From Candidatus Omnitrophota bacterium (GTDB taxonomy: Bacteria; Omnitrophota; Gorgyraeia; Gygaellales; Profunditerraquicolaceae): a stretch of DNA of 32,863 bases. The notes under the pieces are model-generated. The model saw only the letters and a program-made list of their open reading frames with translations, had not been told where the DNA came from and made no database searches. Made by a program: the position numbers and the translations under genes. Below, piece after piece: positions 19,259-27,490 of the stretch (position 1 is its first letter; the number at the start of each line of letters is the position of its first letter). The stretch spans positions 1-32,863 of the forward strand of contig VGKM01000003.1 in assembly GCA_016867005.1 (NCBI GenBank). Direction: 5' to 3'.

Positions 19259-20142
19259 AGGAATTTATCGATATGTTTTTGAATTATATTTCAGTTGAGC
19301 GGGGGCTTGCCAGCAATACCATTATTTCATACAGGGAAGACCTGGAGTCATTTATGGATTTCTTAAAAAAGCATCCGCCTATTCAGTTATCAAAGACGAC
19401 CAGGAATGATATCAGCAATTTTATGCTTCAGCAGAAAGACAGGGGGCTCTCCAGCAGTTCTATTTCAAGGCGGCTTGCCGCAATAAAATCATTTTACCGT
19501 TTCCTGGTGAGAGAAAAAATCTTAAAGGCCGACCCGACCAGTTTGATTGATTCTCCGAAACTCTGGAAAAAAATTCCGGAGACGCTTTCTTTAAACGAGG
19601 TCGATTCTCTGCTGAATGCCCCGGACCTAAGGAATATACAGGGGATAAGAGACAAGGCAATTCTAGAGACGTTATATGCAACCGGCATGCGGGTTTCCGA
19701 AGCCGGTAACCTTAAGCTTGATAATGTAAATTTAGATATCGGTTTTTTGCGTTGTATCGGTAAGGGCAATAAAGAACGCGTTATACCTTTCGGGAAGAAA
19801 GCAATTGTGGCTGTTAAAAGATATCTGGAGGTATCAAGGCCGGCTTTGTTAAAGAAAAATGAAAGCGATATCTTGTTCCTTAGCCGTTTCGGCAAGAAGA
19901 TATCCCGGCAGTCCATTTGGAAGATCATCCAGCGTTACACCAAAGAAGCAGGCATCAAAAAACATATTAAGCCGCATCTTTTAAGGCATTCTTTTGCGAC
20001 TCATCTTTTGGAGAGAGGGGCTGATCTAAGGAGCGTACAGGAAATGCTTGGCCATGCCAATATTTCCACGACGCAAATTTATACGCACATAAATAAAGAC
20101 AGGCTTAAGAGTATCCACAGGATGTTCCATCCGCGTCCTTAA
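19255..20142 (+). CDS. xerD: Tyrosine recombinase XerD
   Basis: ERGLASNT, LYATGMRVSE, GKGNKER, HLLRHSFATHLL, VQEMLGHANISTTQIYT, C-terminal HPRP. Confidence 0.93.
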   Translation: MKEFIDMFLNYISVERGLASNTIISYREDLESFMDFLKKHPPIQLSKTTRNDISNFMLQQKDRGLSSSSISRRLAAIKSFYRFLVREKILKADPTSLIDSPKLWKKIPETLSLNEVDSLLNAPDLRNIQGIRDKAILETLYATGMRVSEAGNLKLDNVNLDIGFLRCIGKGNKERVIPFGKKAIVAVKRYLEVSRPALLKKNESDILFLSRFGKKISRQSIWKIIQRYTKEAGIKKHIKPHLLRHSFATHLLERGADLRSVQEMLGHANISTTQIYTHINKDRLKSIHRMFHPRP

Positions 20143-20157
20143 TGAGGGGTAAGTTTG

Positions 20158-21435
20158 ATGAAAAAATATTTGGATAAGCTACCGCAGGAATTACGCAAGC
20201 TGGTTTCTTTATGCGCCAGGACCGCAGAGGGCCATAATTATAAAGCTTATCTTGTCGGGGGTTTTGTACGGGACCTGATAATCGGGGTCGATAATTTTGA
20301 CCTCGATATCGTAATTGAAGGAGATGGTATTAAATTTGCAGAAGAGCTTTCAAGCCGGTTAAAAGCTAAGCTTATCTGCCACAGAAGATTCGGTACCGCG
20401 ACAGTAATGAGCGGGCAAACTTTGAAGGTTGATATCGCATCGGCAAGAGAAGAATGTTACCCGCACCCCGCATGCCTTCCTTTTGTCAAGCCGGGGACAG
20501 TTAAAGATGACCTTAAAAGGCGCGATTTTTCCATAAATGCCATGAGCATAGGTTTAAATAGGGATAACTACGGGAAATTGATCGATTTTTTCGGGGGGTT
20601 GGAAGATCTTCGTAATAAAAAGATCCGTATCCTGCATGATTTAAGTTTTATCGATGACCCGACTAGGATATTGCGGGCAGTCCGTTTTGAGAAAAGGTAT
20701 AGTTTTCATATTGAGCCCTGCACCTTAAAGGCATTAAAGGAGGCAAACAGGCTAAAGATGCTGGAAAAAGTGCAGCCGCAGCGCCTGCGGGATGAATTGA
20801 TTTTAATATTGAAAGAACAATGCCCCTCCAGGCCTTTAAAACGCCTGCAGGAACTTGTCGGGTTAAAATTTATAAATCCCGCGCTCTCGTTGGACAATAA
20901 GGGTTTTTACCTTATAAAATCATCAGGCAGGCAAATCCTGTGGTTTAAAGAGAATTGCAGCGGCAGGAGGCACCTTGATGACTGGGTGGTTTATCTGTCG
21001 GCAATGCTGGACGGGCTCACGCTTTCGTCTATGCAGGAGGTCTTTAAGAGGTTTGTTTTCAGAAAAGGGGAAGAGAAAAGGGTCATTGATTACAGAAAGA
21101 TCAACAGCCGCATATTAAGGAAATTAAAAAGCGCATCGGTTAAGCCTTCGGAGGTCTTCAAAGCGCTTAACCCTTTAAGTTATGAGACTATCCTCATGCT
21201 CCGGGCCAAACATAGGGACCCTTATTTTCTGAAACATAGCGGAGATTTTCTTGAGTCCTACCATTCTATACGCATACATTTAAGAGGGGATGATTTGCTG
21301 GGGCTGGGGATAAAGCAAGGCCCGGATTTTAAAAAAGCTTTCCAGAAGGTCTTTAATGCCAAGCTGGACGGAAGGATTTCCACAAAAGAAGAAGAATTGA
21401 TCCTGGTAAAGAGATTATTAAAGGTAAAAAAGTAA
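20158..21435 (+). CDS. Class II tRNA nucleotidyltransferase (CCA-adding family, probably the A-adding type)
   Basis: LVGGFVRD, DLDIV, FGTA, DLKRRDFSINAM, SFIDDPTRILRAVRF. Confidence 0.88.
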   Translation: MKKYLDKLPQELRKLVSLCARTAEGHNYKAYLVGGFVRDLIIGVDNFDLDIVIEGDGIKFAEELSSRLKAKLICHRRFGTATVMSGQTLKVDIASAREECYPHPACLPFVKPGTVKDDLKRRDFSINAMSIGLNRDNYGKLIDFFGGLEDLRNKKIRILHDLSFIDDPTRILRAVRFEKRYSFHIEPCTLKALKEANRLKMLEKVQPQRLRDELILILKEQCPSRPLKRLQELVGLKFINPALSLDNKGFYLIKSSGRQILWFKENCSGRRHLDDWVVYLSAMLDGLTLSSMQEVFKRFVFRKGEEKRVIDYRKINSRILRKLKSASVKPSEVFKALNPLSYETILMLRAKHRDPYFLKHSGDFLESYHSIRIHLRGDDLLGLGIKQGPDFKKAFQKVFNAKLDGRISTKEEELILVKRLLKVKK

Positions 21436-21484
21436 TCAGTTTAAAGACAGGCAGATGTAACAACTACGGGATGGAGAAAATCTG

Positions 21485-21928
21485 ATGGCAAGATATGAAA
21501 AAGTTGCAGAGGCGATTAGGCAGGAAGTAAGCAATATTGTGCATGATGAATTAAACGACCCCCGGGTGGGTTTTGTAACGGTTACGCGGGTTGAGCTGAC
21601 CGAAGATTTGCGCTACGCCAAGATTTTCTTCAGCGTATTAGGCAAAGAAGAGGATTATAAAAAAACTCAGGCAGCGCTGGATTCTGCACTTGGGTTCATC
21701 CGCCGGCTGGTCGCAGAAAGATTACAGCTTAGGTTCGCACCGGAGATTATTTTTAGGGAGGACAGGTCTCAGGAATACAGCGTACGCATTGAAGAGGTCT
21801 TAAATGAAATTAAGGGCTTATCTAAACCGCAGCCCTTGCCTGTGCCCATAGTCAGGATTAATCCTAAAAAGAGAAAGGGAAGAAAAATTGGGGCTAAAAA
21901 AAGTAATCCGCCTAATAAGAAAAAATAA
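21485..21928 (+). CDS. rbfA: 30S ribosome-binding factor A with a basic C-terminal extension
   Basis: DPRVGFVTVTRVELTEDLRYAKIF and LRFAPEIIF. Confidence 0.95.
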   Translation: MARYEKVAEAIRQEVSNIVHDELNDPRVGFVTVTRVELTEDLRYAKIFFSVLGKEEDYKKTQAALDSALGFIRRLVAERLQLRFAPEIIFREDRSQEYSVRIEEVLNEIKGLSKPQPLPVPIVRINPKKRKGRKIGAKKSNPPNKKK

Positions 21929-22856
21929 AACTTTTTTAATCACTGCGCATACTAATCTTGAAGGCGATGCCTTGGGTTCGGAATTGGCTTTTGCCTCTCT
22001 TTTGAAATCCATTGGTAAAAAAGCCATTATCGTAAATGATGATATCCTTCCGCAGGGATATGAATTCTTGCCGGGTTTAAATTCGGTAAAAAGGTATAAA
22101 GCAGGGATGGATATCGGCAAATTCGATTGTTTCGTGCTGTTGGATTGCTCCGATTTAAAACGCCCGGGGAATGTCTATAAACTCAACAATGAAAAAAAAC
22201 CGGTTTTAAATATCGACCATCATATAAGTAATGTATATTTCGGCGATTACAACTGGGTGGAGCCCCGGGCCTCTTCCTGTGCGGAGATGGTTTATAAACT
22301 TTTTAAAGCTATGCGTGTCCCTTTAAATAAAGATGCAGCGCTTTCTTTATATGCCGGGATACTTACCGATACTGGCTCTTTCAGGTATTCGACAACCTCA
22401 AGCTTCACGCATCAGGCAACAGCTGACCTGTTGCGTTATGGGATAAATATCGTCGAGGTATTCAGGAATATTTATGAGAATAAGCCCTATCAGGATATGC
22501 TGCTTCTGGCGCGGATTTTAAGCAGTATTAAACGAACGGCTTCGGGGAAAATCGCCTGGGTTGAGCTTAAGAGGGGCATTTCGCATAATAAGGGCATTGC
22601 GTTTGATCTGTCGGAGCGTGTCTTAAGTTTCTTGCGCGCGATAAAAGACGTGGAGGTAGCGCTGCTTTTTAAAAAAATAGAAGGCAGGGTAAATGAGGTA
22701 AGGGTCAATTTCCGTTCGCAGGGTAAAGCCGATGTAAATAAAATAGCTCAATCCTTCGGCGGAGGCGGGCATAAGACCGCCAGCGGCTGTACGGTTAAGG
22801 GAAGCATTCAACAAGTTAAAGCAAAAGTTTTAGCTAAGATTAAAGAAGGCTTATAA
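21888..22856 (+). CDS. nrnA: DHH/DHHA1 phosphoesterase (nanoRNase/pAp phosphatase NrnA)
   Basis: GDALGS, LDC, IDHH, GILTDTGSF, FGGGGHKTASG; TTG start overlaps rbfA. Confidence 0.9.
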   Translation: MGLKKVIRLIRKNKTFLITAHTNLEGDALGSELAFASLLKSIGKKAIIVNDDILPQGYEFLPGLNSVKRYKAGMDIGKFDCFVLLDCSDLKRPGNVYKLNNEKKPVLNIDHHISNVYFGDYNWVEPRASSCAEMVYKLFKAMRVPLNKDAALSLYAGILTDTGSFRYSTTSSFTHQATADLLRYGINIVEVFRNIYENKPYQDMLLLARILSSIKRTASGKIAWVELKRGISHNKGIAFDLSERVLSFLRAIKDVEVALLFKKIEGRVNEVRVNFRSQGKADVNKIAQSFGGGGHKTASGCTVKGSIQQVKAKVLAKIKEGL

Positions 22857-22887
22857 ATATTTATTTGCAGGTTCTCTTATAGCAGTG

Positions 22888-22924
22888 TTTTTGCGGGTGG
22901 CGCAGCAGACAGGACCCGCAAAAA
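22888..22924. repeat. Perfect 11-bp inverted repeat between nrnA and ribF
   Basis: TTTTTGCGGGT (22888-22898) and ACCCGCAAAAA (22914-22924), 15-nt loop. Confidence 0.7.
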
Positions 22925-22938
22925 TCCATAGGAAACAA

Positions 22939-23844
22939 ATGAAAACTTATTACGGATTAAATAAGCTGAAAGAATTAAAGGCCCCTGTTGTGGTATTGGG
23001 AGTGTTTGATGGGGTGCATAAAGGGCATATCTTAATTTTGCGCGCCGCGGCAAAGAAGGCCAGGCAGACAAAGGCAAAAAGCATTGTCGTTACCTTTGAC
23101 CCCCATCCGCAAAAAGAAGAGAGTTTGTATTCCCTGGAGCACCGGCTTAAATTGATCGCCGGCTCAGGTATAGATATCTGCGCAGTGATCAGGTTCAATA
23201 AGAGGTTTGCCCGTATATCTGCCCATAATTTTATCAAGGATATTTTGTTAAAAAAACTAAAGCCCGGGTATATTTTCGTCGGAGAAAATTTTACTTTTGG
23301 GGCAGGGGCTAAGGGTAATATCGCGCTGCTAAAAATTTTCTCGGGAGAATATAACTTTAAATTAAAAGTTTTCCGCGTCCTTAAGAAGAAAGGCCGTGTT
23401 ATAAGCAGTACGCAAATCCGCAGGTTTATAAAAACCGGAAAGTTCTCGCTGGCAGAGAGCTTGTTAAGCCGTCCTGTAAGTATTTTAGGGACGGTAATTA
23501 AAGGTGCTTCTGTAGCCAGGCAATTAGGCGTTCCTACTGCAAATATTGACCCGCATCATGAAGTTTTACCTCCTTCAGGGGTTTATTTGGTAAAGGTCAA
23601 TTATAATAAAAAGAAGCATTTCGGCGTCTGCTCTATAGGCAATAAGCCGACTTTCGGTATCAATAAGATGCAGCATATTGAAGTGCATATTTTAAATTTT
23701 GATAAAAATATATATAAAGAATTCCTCGAAATAGAGTTTATCAAACTCTTAAGAAAGCAAAAAAAATTCTCTTCCAGAGAGGCATTAGTTGCTCAGATAA
23801 GAAAAGATATAATTTCTGCCAAAAGATTGATCTCCAGCCACTGA
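22939..23844 (+). CDS. ribF: Bifunctional riboflavin kinase/FAD synthetase
   Basis: GVFDGVHKGH, TFDPHP, VGENFTFG, ISSTQIR, PTAN, GVY, IEVHI. Start placed at ATG 22939. Confidence 0.95.
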   Translation: MKTYYGLNKLKELKAPVVVLGVFDGVHKGHILILRAAAKKARQTKAKSIVVTFDPHPQKEESLYSLEHRLKLIAGSGIDICAVIRFNKRFARISAHNFIKDILLKKLKPGYIFVGENFTFGAGAKGNIALLKIFSGEYNFKLKVFRVLKKKGRVISSTQIRRFIKTGKFSLAESLLSRPVSILGTVIKGASVARQLGVPTANIDPHHEVLPPSGVYLVKVNYNKKKHFGVCSIGNKPTFGINKMQHIEVHILNFDKNIYKEFLEIEFIKLLRKQKKFSSREALVAQIRKDIISAKRLISSH

Positions 23845-23923
23845 TAAACACCACAATATCTGCACTCCCCATCTTTTAATACCACTACCCATTGTGTCTA
23901 TTATATTTAGAGAAATATTTTTC

Positions 23924-23952
23924 TTGACAAAATGGCGGAATTTGTCTACAAT
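23924..23952 (+). promoter_or_regulatory. sigma70 promoter of the dcw cluster
   Basis: TTGACA-17 nt-TACAAT upstream of mraZ. Confidence 0.8.
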
Positions 23953-23960
23953 CAACCTAC

Positions 23961-23990
23961 AAAGTGGTTAATAGTGGAGTAAAGTGGATT
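23961..23990 (+). promoter_or_regulatory. MraZ operator: three GTGG boxes at 10-bp period
   Basis: aaaGTGGtta ataGTGGagt aaaGTGGatt (GTGG at 23964, 23974, 23984), matching the known MraZ-binding direct-repeat architecture. Confidence 0.85.
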
Positions 23991-24026
23991 TCAGTTAAAT
24001 AAGGATCCTAAAAGGAGTTTCTGTTT

Positions 24027-24464
24027 ATGTTTTACGGCGAGTATCTTCATTCTATAGACAGGAAAGGCCGTCTCATTCTGCCTGCCAAATTTCGCGAGTC
24101 AGCTAAGAACAATTTCATTGAGAAATTCTTTATGACGCGGGGTTTGGACAAATGCCTTTTTATGTTCGGGGAAGAGGAGTGGAAACAACAGGAAAATAAA
24201 TTTAAATCCGTGTCCTTTACCAAGCAGGAATCGCGTACATTTAACCGCCTGTATTTTTCCGGAGCCGTAGATATCGTGCCTGATAAGCAGGGGAGGATCC
24301 TGGTACCGCAATACCTGAAGGATTTTGCGGAAATCAAAAAAGATGTTATTGTGGTCGGGGTCTCCAACAGAATAGAGATTTGGTCAAAAGACAAATGGCA
24401 GAGTTTTTATGGGAATTCCCAAAAGTCCTTTGAAGAGATCGCTGAGAAATTAATCGATTTATAA
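24027..24464 (+). CDS. mraZ: Transcriptional regulator MraZ
   Basis: DRKGRLILP, DKQGRILVP, IEIW. Confidence 0.97.
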   Translation: MFYGEYLHSIDRKGRLILPAKFRESAKNNFIEKFFMTRGLDKCLFMFGEEEWKQQENKFKSVSFTKQESRTFNRLYFSGAVDIVPDKQGRILVPQYLKDFAEIKKDVIVVGVSNRIEIWSKDKWQSFYGNSQKSFEEIAEKLIDL

Positions 24465-24484
24465 AACATAATGGATTTTCTTAA

Positions 24485-25375
24485 GTGGCAAAACTACATA
24501 TACCCGTAATGCTTAAAGAAGCTACAGAATATTTAAATTTATCGCCCGGAAATATAGTAGTGGATGCGACGGTAGGTACGGCGGGCCACTCTGAGGCCAT
24601 ACTGGAAAGCATTACTCCCGGCGGGCGCCTGATCGCCGTTGACCGCGATCAGGAGTCGCTGGTAATAGCAAAAGAGAGGCTTAAGCGCTGGCAAGATTCA
24701 TGCAGCTTTGTGCATGGGAATTTTTCTGATATCAATATCATTTTAGGGGAGCTGGGCATCAAGAGGATCGACGGCATATTATTCGATCTGGGGCTTTCTA
24801 CTTTTCAACTTGATAATCCCGAAAGGGGTTTTAGTTTTCAGCAGGAAGGGCCGCTCGATATGCGCATGGACAGAGAAAGCTATATCTCGGCATATGACCT
24901 GGTGAACAACCTTAATGAGGAAGAGCTTTCAGGGCTTATCCGTAATTACGGGCAGGAAAGGTTCCATAACCGTATCGCGCATCTGTTGGTCCAAGAAAGA
25001 GAGAAGCATCCGATTGCCACGACCCGTGAATTATCCAATATCATAGTCCGGGCAATACCGCATCGTTTCAGGCACTACCGGATCCATCCGGCAACCAGGA
25101 CTTTTCAGGCCGTGCGGATCGCAGTGAACAGGGAGCTGGAGATATTGGAAGGGGCACTGGAGAAAGCAATCAGCTTCCTGAACAATAAGGGAAGGGTCTG
25201 CGTGATCTCTTTTCATTCGCTCGAAGATAGGATCGTAAAATTAACTTTTAAGAAAGCAAAGGCTCAAGGGCTGGTAGAGATCGTTACTCCTAAGCCCCTG
25301 GTCCCACAGTGGCAGGAGGTTAAGGATAATTCCGCCAGCCGCAGCGCTAAATTCCGCGTTGCAGAAAAGGTCTGA
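24485..25375 (+). CDS. rsmH: 16S rRNA m4C1402 methyltransferase
   Basis: HIPVML, DATVGTAGHS, DLGLS, RGFSF, LDMRM, HPATRTFQA, ISFHSLEDR. Confidence 0.97.
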   Translation: MAKLHIPVMLKEATEYLNLSPGNIVVDATVGTAGHSEAILESITPGGRLIAVDRDQESLVIAKERLKRWQDSCSFVHGNFSDINIILGELGIKRIDGILFDLGLSTFQLDNPERGFSFQQEGPLDMRMDRESYISAYDLVNNLNEEELSGLIRNYGQERFHNRIAHLLVQEREKHPIATTRELSNIIVRAIPHRFRHYRIHPATRTFQAVRIAVNRELEILEGALEKAISFLNNKGRVCVISFHSLEDRIVKLTFKKAKAQGLVEIVTPKPLVPQWQEVKDNSASRSAKFRVAEKV

Positions 25376-25377
25376 CT

Positions 25378-25746
25378 ATGAAGTTAAATAAATTTATATC
25401 CGCAACTGTTTTTGTTACTGCTTTTTCCCTCCTTTATGTATACCAGCAAACAGAGGTTTTCCGGCTTGCTTATGTAGGGCAGAAAAAGGCCTCCAGCTTC
25501 CAGGATTTACTTGATAAGAATTCGTTTCTTCGTTATAATATAGAACGCAGCACATCGCTTACTCGTATCGGAAGCAAGATTTCCGGCGCGCATGATTATG
25601 AGATGCCGGAAAGCTACCGTTTGGTTAGGTTAAACAGGCCTCCTGCAGCTTTTAAATTAGCCAGACACGTTTACAAGAAAGAAACGTTATTATCTCGCCT
25701 TTTTGGGATTAAAAGACAGGCTGAGGCAAGGCAAGTCAATCCTTAA
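25378..25746 (+). CDS. FtsL-like cell division protein
   Basis: Single N-terminal TM plus a coiled-coil-like segment; lies between rsmH and ftsI. Assigned mainly by position. Confidence 0.6.
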   Translation: MKLNKFISATVFVTAFSLLYVYQQTEVFRLAYVGQKKASSFQDLLDKNSFLRYNIERSTSLTRIGSKISGAHDYEMPESYRLVRLNRPPAAFKLARHVYKKETLLSRLFGIKRQAEARQVNP

Positions 25747-25779
25747 AATTTAGTTTCCAATATTTTATTTTAAAATTTC

Positions 25780-27480
25780 GTGTATATCCGTAATTACCAT
25801 CGCCGAGTCAATGCGGTATTTTTAATCTTTTTTTTGCTGTTGGTTTTTTGCGCCTTTCGCCTTGTTTTCATCCATTTTTTCCGCGGAAATTACCTCGCCT
25901 CTTTAGCAAGAAAGCAGCATAACCTTTTTATAGAGCTTGAGCCCCGCAGAGGGGCTATTTATGATACCAACCTCCGCCCGCAGGCCTTTAATGTAGCCGT
26001 TGATTCGGTTTATGCCGCTCCAAACGAAATACCGGAAAAAGATAAAGATAGGATTGCCGGCCAGCTTGCGCCTATTCTTAATACAGAATATGCCAAATTA
26101 AAGGACAAGTTGTCGCGCAAAAAGTCATTTATCTGGCTGGCGAGAAAAATTTCTCCGCAACAGGCCAATGCCATTAAAGAGCTAAAGATCAAAGGAATCG
26201 GCTTTATCAAAGAAAGTAAGCGCAGCTATCCTAATGGATACCTCTTAAGCCATGTCATCGGTTTTGCCGGGATTGATAATCTGGGGCTCGACGGAATAGA
26301 ATTAAGATTGAACAATTACCTCAAAGGAGAGCCCGGCTGGGCGCTGTTTTTAAGGGATGCCCGGCAGAAGAAGCTGGACATCTGGGAAAAAATGGTTTCT
26401 CCCCGCGACGGTTTTGATGTGATATTGACTATAGATGATGTTATTCAGTATATCGCAGAAAGGGAATTGGATAAGGCCTTTAAAGCGACTCACGCAAAAG
26501 GGGCAAGCATTGTTGTTATGAACCCCCATACCGGAGAGATACTCGCTTTGGCAAATAGGCCGACGTTTGACCTCAATGAATACCCCGGGGCACCCAAAGA
26601 TAATCTGCGCGACCGTGCCATTACGGATATGTTTGAACCAGGCTCAGTATTTAAGATCGTCACCGCTTCCGCTGCGATAGAGGAAGGCAAGGTTTCAGAA
26701 GAAGAGAAGGTCTATTGTGAAAACGGCGCTTATAAGATCGCCGGGCACATACTTCATGACCATCAGCCGCATGGGACGCTTACTTTTACCGAAGTGATCG
26801 AGCAGTCCAGTAATATCGGCACATGTAAAATCGCTCAAATAGTGGGAGCCGAAAATATATACCGCTATGAAAAGAAATTTGGTTTTGGCATAAAAAGCGG
26901 GATCGACCTGCCCGGAGAGATCTCCGGTTCCGTAAAAGAACCGCGTTTCTGGTCTAAGACCTCTATCACTGCCGTACCTATGGGGCATGAGGTGGGGGTT
27001 ACTGCTTTACAGCTGGCAAATGCTGTTTCAGCAATAGCTAACGGCGGTAACCTGATGAGGCCTTATGTTGTCCGCATGATAAGGGATAAATTCGGCGAAG
27101 AGATCGTTTCTAATGAACCTGTATTCGTCAATAAGGTGATGTCTTTGGATTCTGCGGCAAGGGTCAGGAAGATGCTTATTGGAGTTGTAGAAAAAGGGAC
27201 GGGGAAACTAGCAAGGATCCCTCAGGTAACTGTTGCCGGTAAAACCGGCACTGCCCAGAAAATCGAACCTAACGGAACATATTCGCATGATAAATTTGTG
27301 GCGACCTTTATAGGTTTTACTCCTGCTGAGGACCCGGTTTTAGCGATTGCAGTAGTAATTGATGAGCCCCGCCCTTATTATTTCGGCGGGGTAGTGTCTG
27401 CGCCGGTATTTAAGAATGTTGCAATGGATGCCCTGAGGTATTTAAAATCAAGAGAGCCGCTTGTAGTATTGCAAAATTAA
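25780..27480 (+). CDS. ftsI: Class B penicillin-binding protein (FtsI/PBP3)
   Basis: RGAIYD, RSYP, EPGSVFK (SxxK), SSN, GKTGTAQK; no PASTA domain. Confidence 0.93.
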   Translation: MYIRNYHRRVNAVFLIFFLLLVFCAFRLVFIHFFRGNYLASLARKQHNLFIELEPRRGAIYDTNLRPQAFNVAVDSVYAAPNEIPEKDKDRIAGQLAPILNTEYAKLKDKLSRKKSFIWLARKISPQQANAIKELKIKGIGFIKESKRSYPNGYLLSHVIGFAGIDNLGLDGIELRLNNYLKGEPGWALFLRDARQKKLDIWEKMVSPRDGFDVILTIDDVIQYIAERELDKAFKATHAKGASIVVMNPHTGEILALANRPTFDLNEYPGAPKDNLRDRAITDMFEPGSVFKIVTASAAIEEGKVSEEEKVYCENGAYKIAGHILHDHQPHGTLTFTEVIEQSSNIGTCKIAQIVGAENIYRYEKKFGFGIKSGIDLPGEISGSVKEPRFWSKTSITAVPMGHEVGVTALQLANAVSAIANGGNLMRPYVVRMIRDKFGEEIVSNEPVFVNKVMSLDSAARVRKMLIGVVEKGTGKLARIPQVTVAGKTGTAQKIEPNGTYSHDKFVATFIGFTPAEDPVLAIAVVIDEPRPYYFGGVVSAPVFKNVAMDALRYLKSREPLVVLQN

Positions 27481-27490
27481 AGCGATTACG

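Noticed and set aside
19255-20142. Phage or mobile-element integrase
   Set aside because: Motifs, length and operon context fit housekeeping XerD.
21860-21890. Nuclear localisation-like signal PKKRKGRK in RbfA
   Set aside because: Explained by A-rich sequence upstream of the nrnA start in a cytoplasmic ribosome factor; no export signal.
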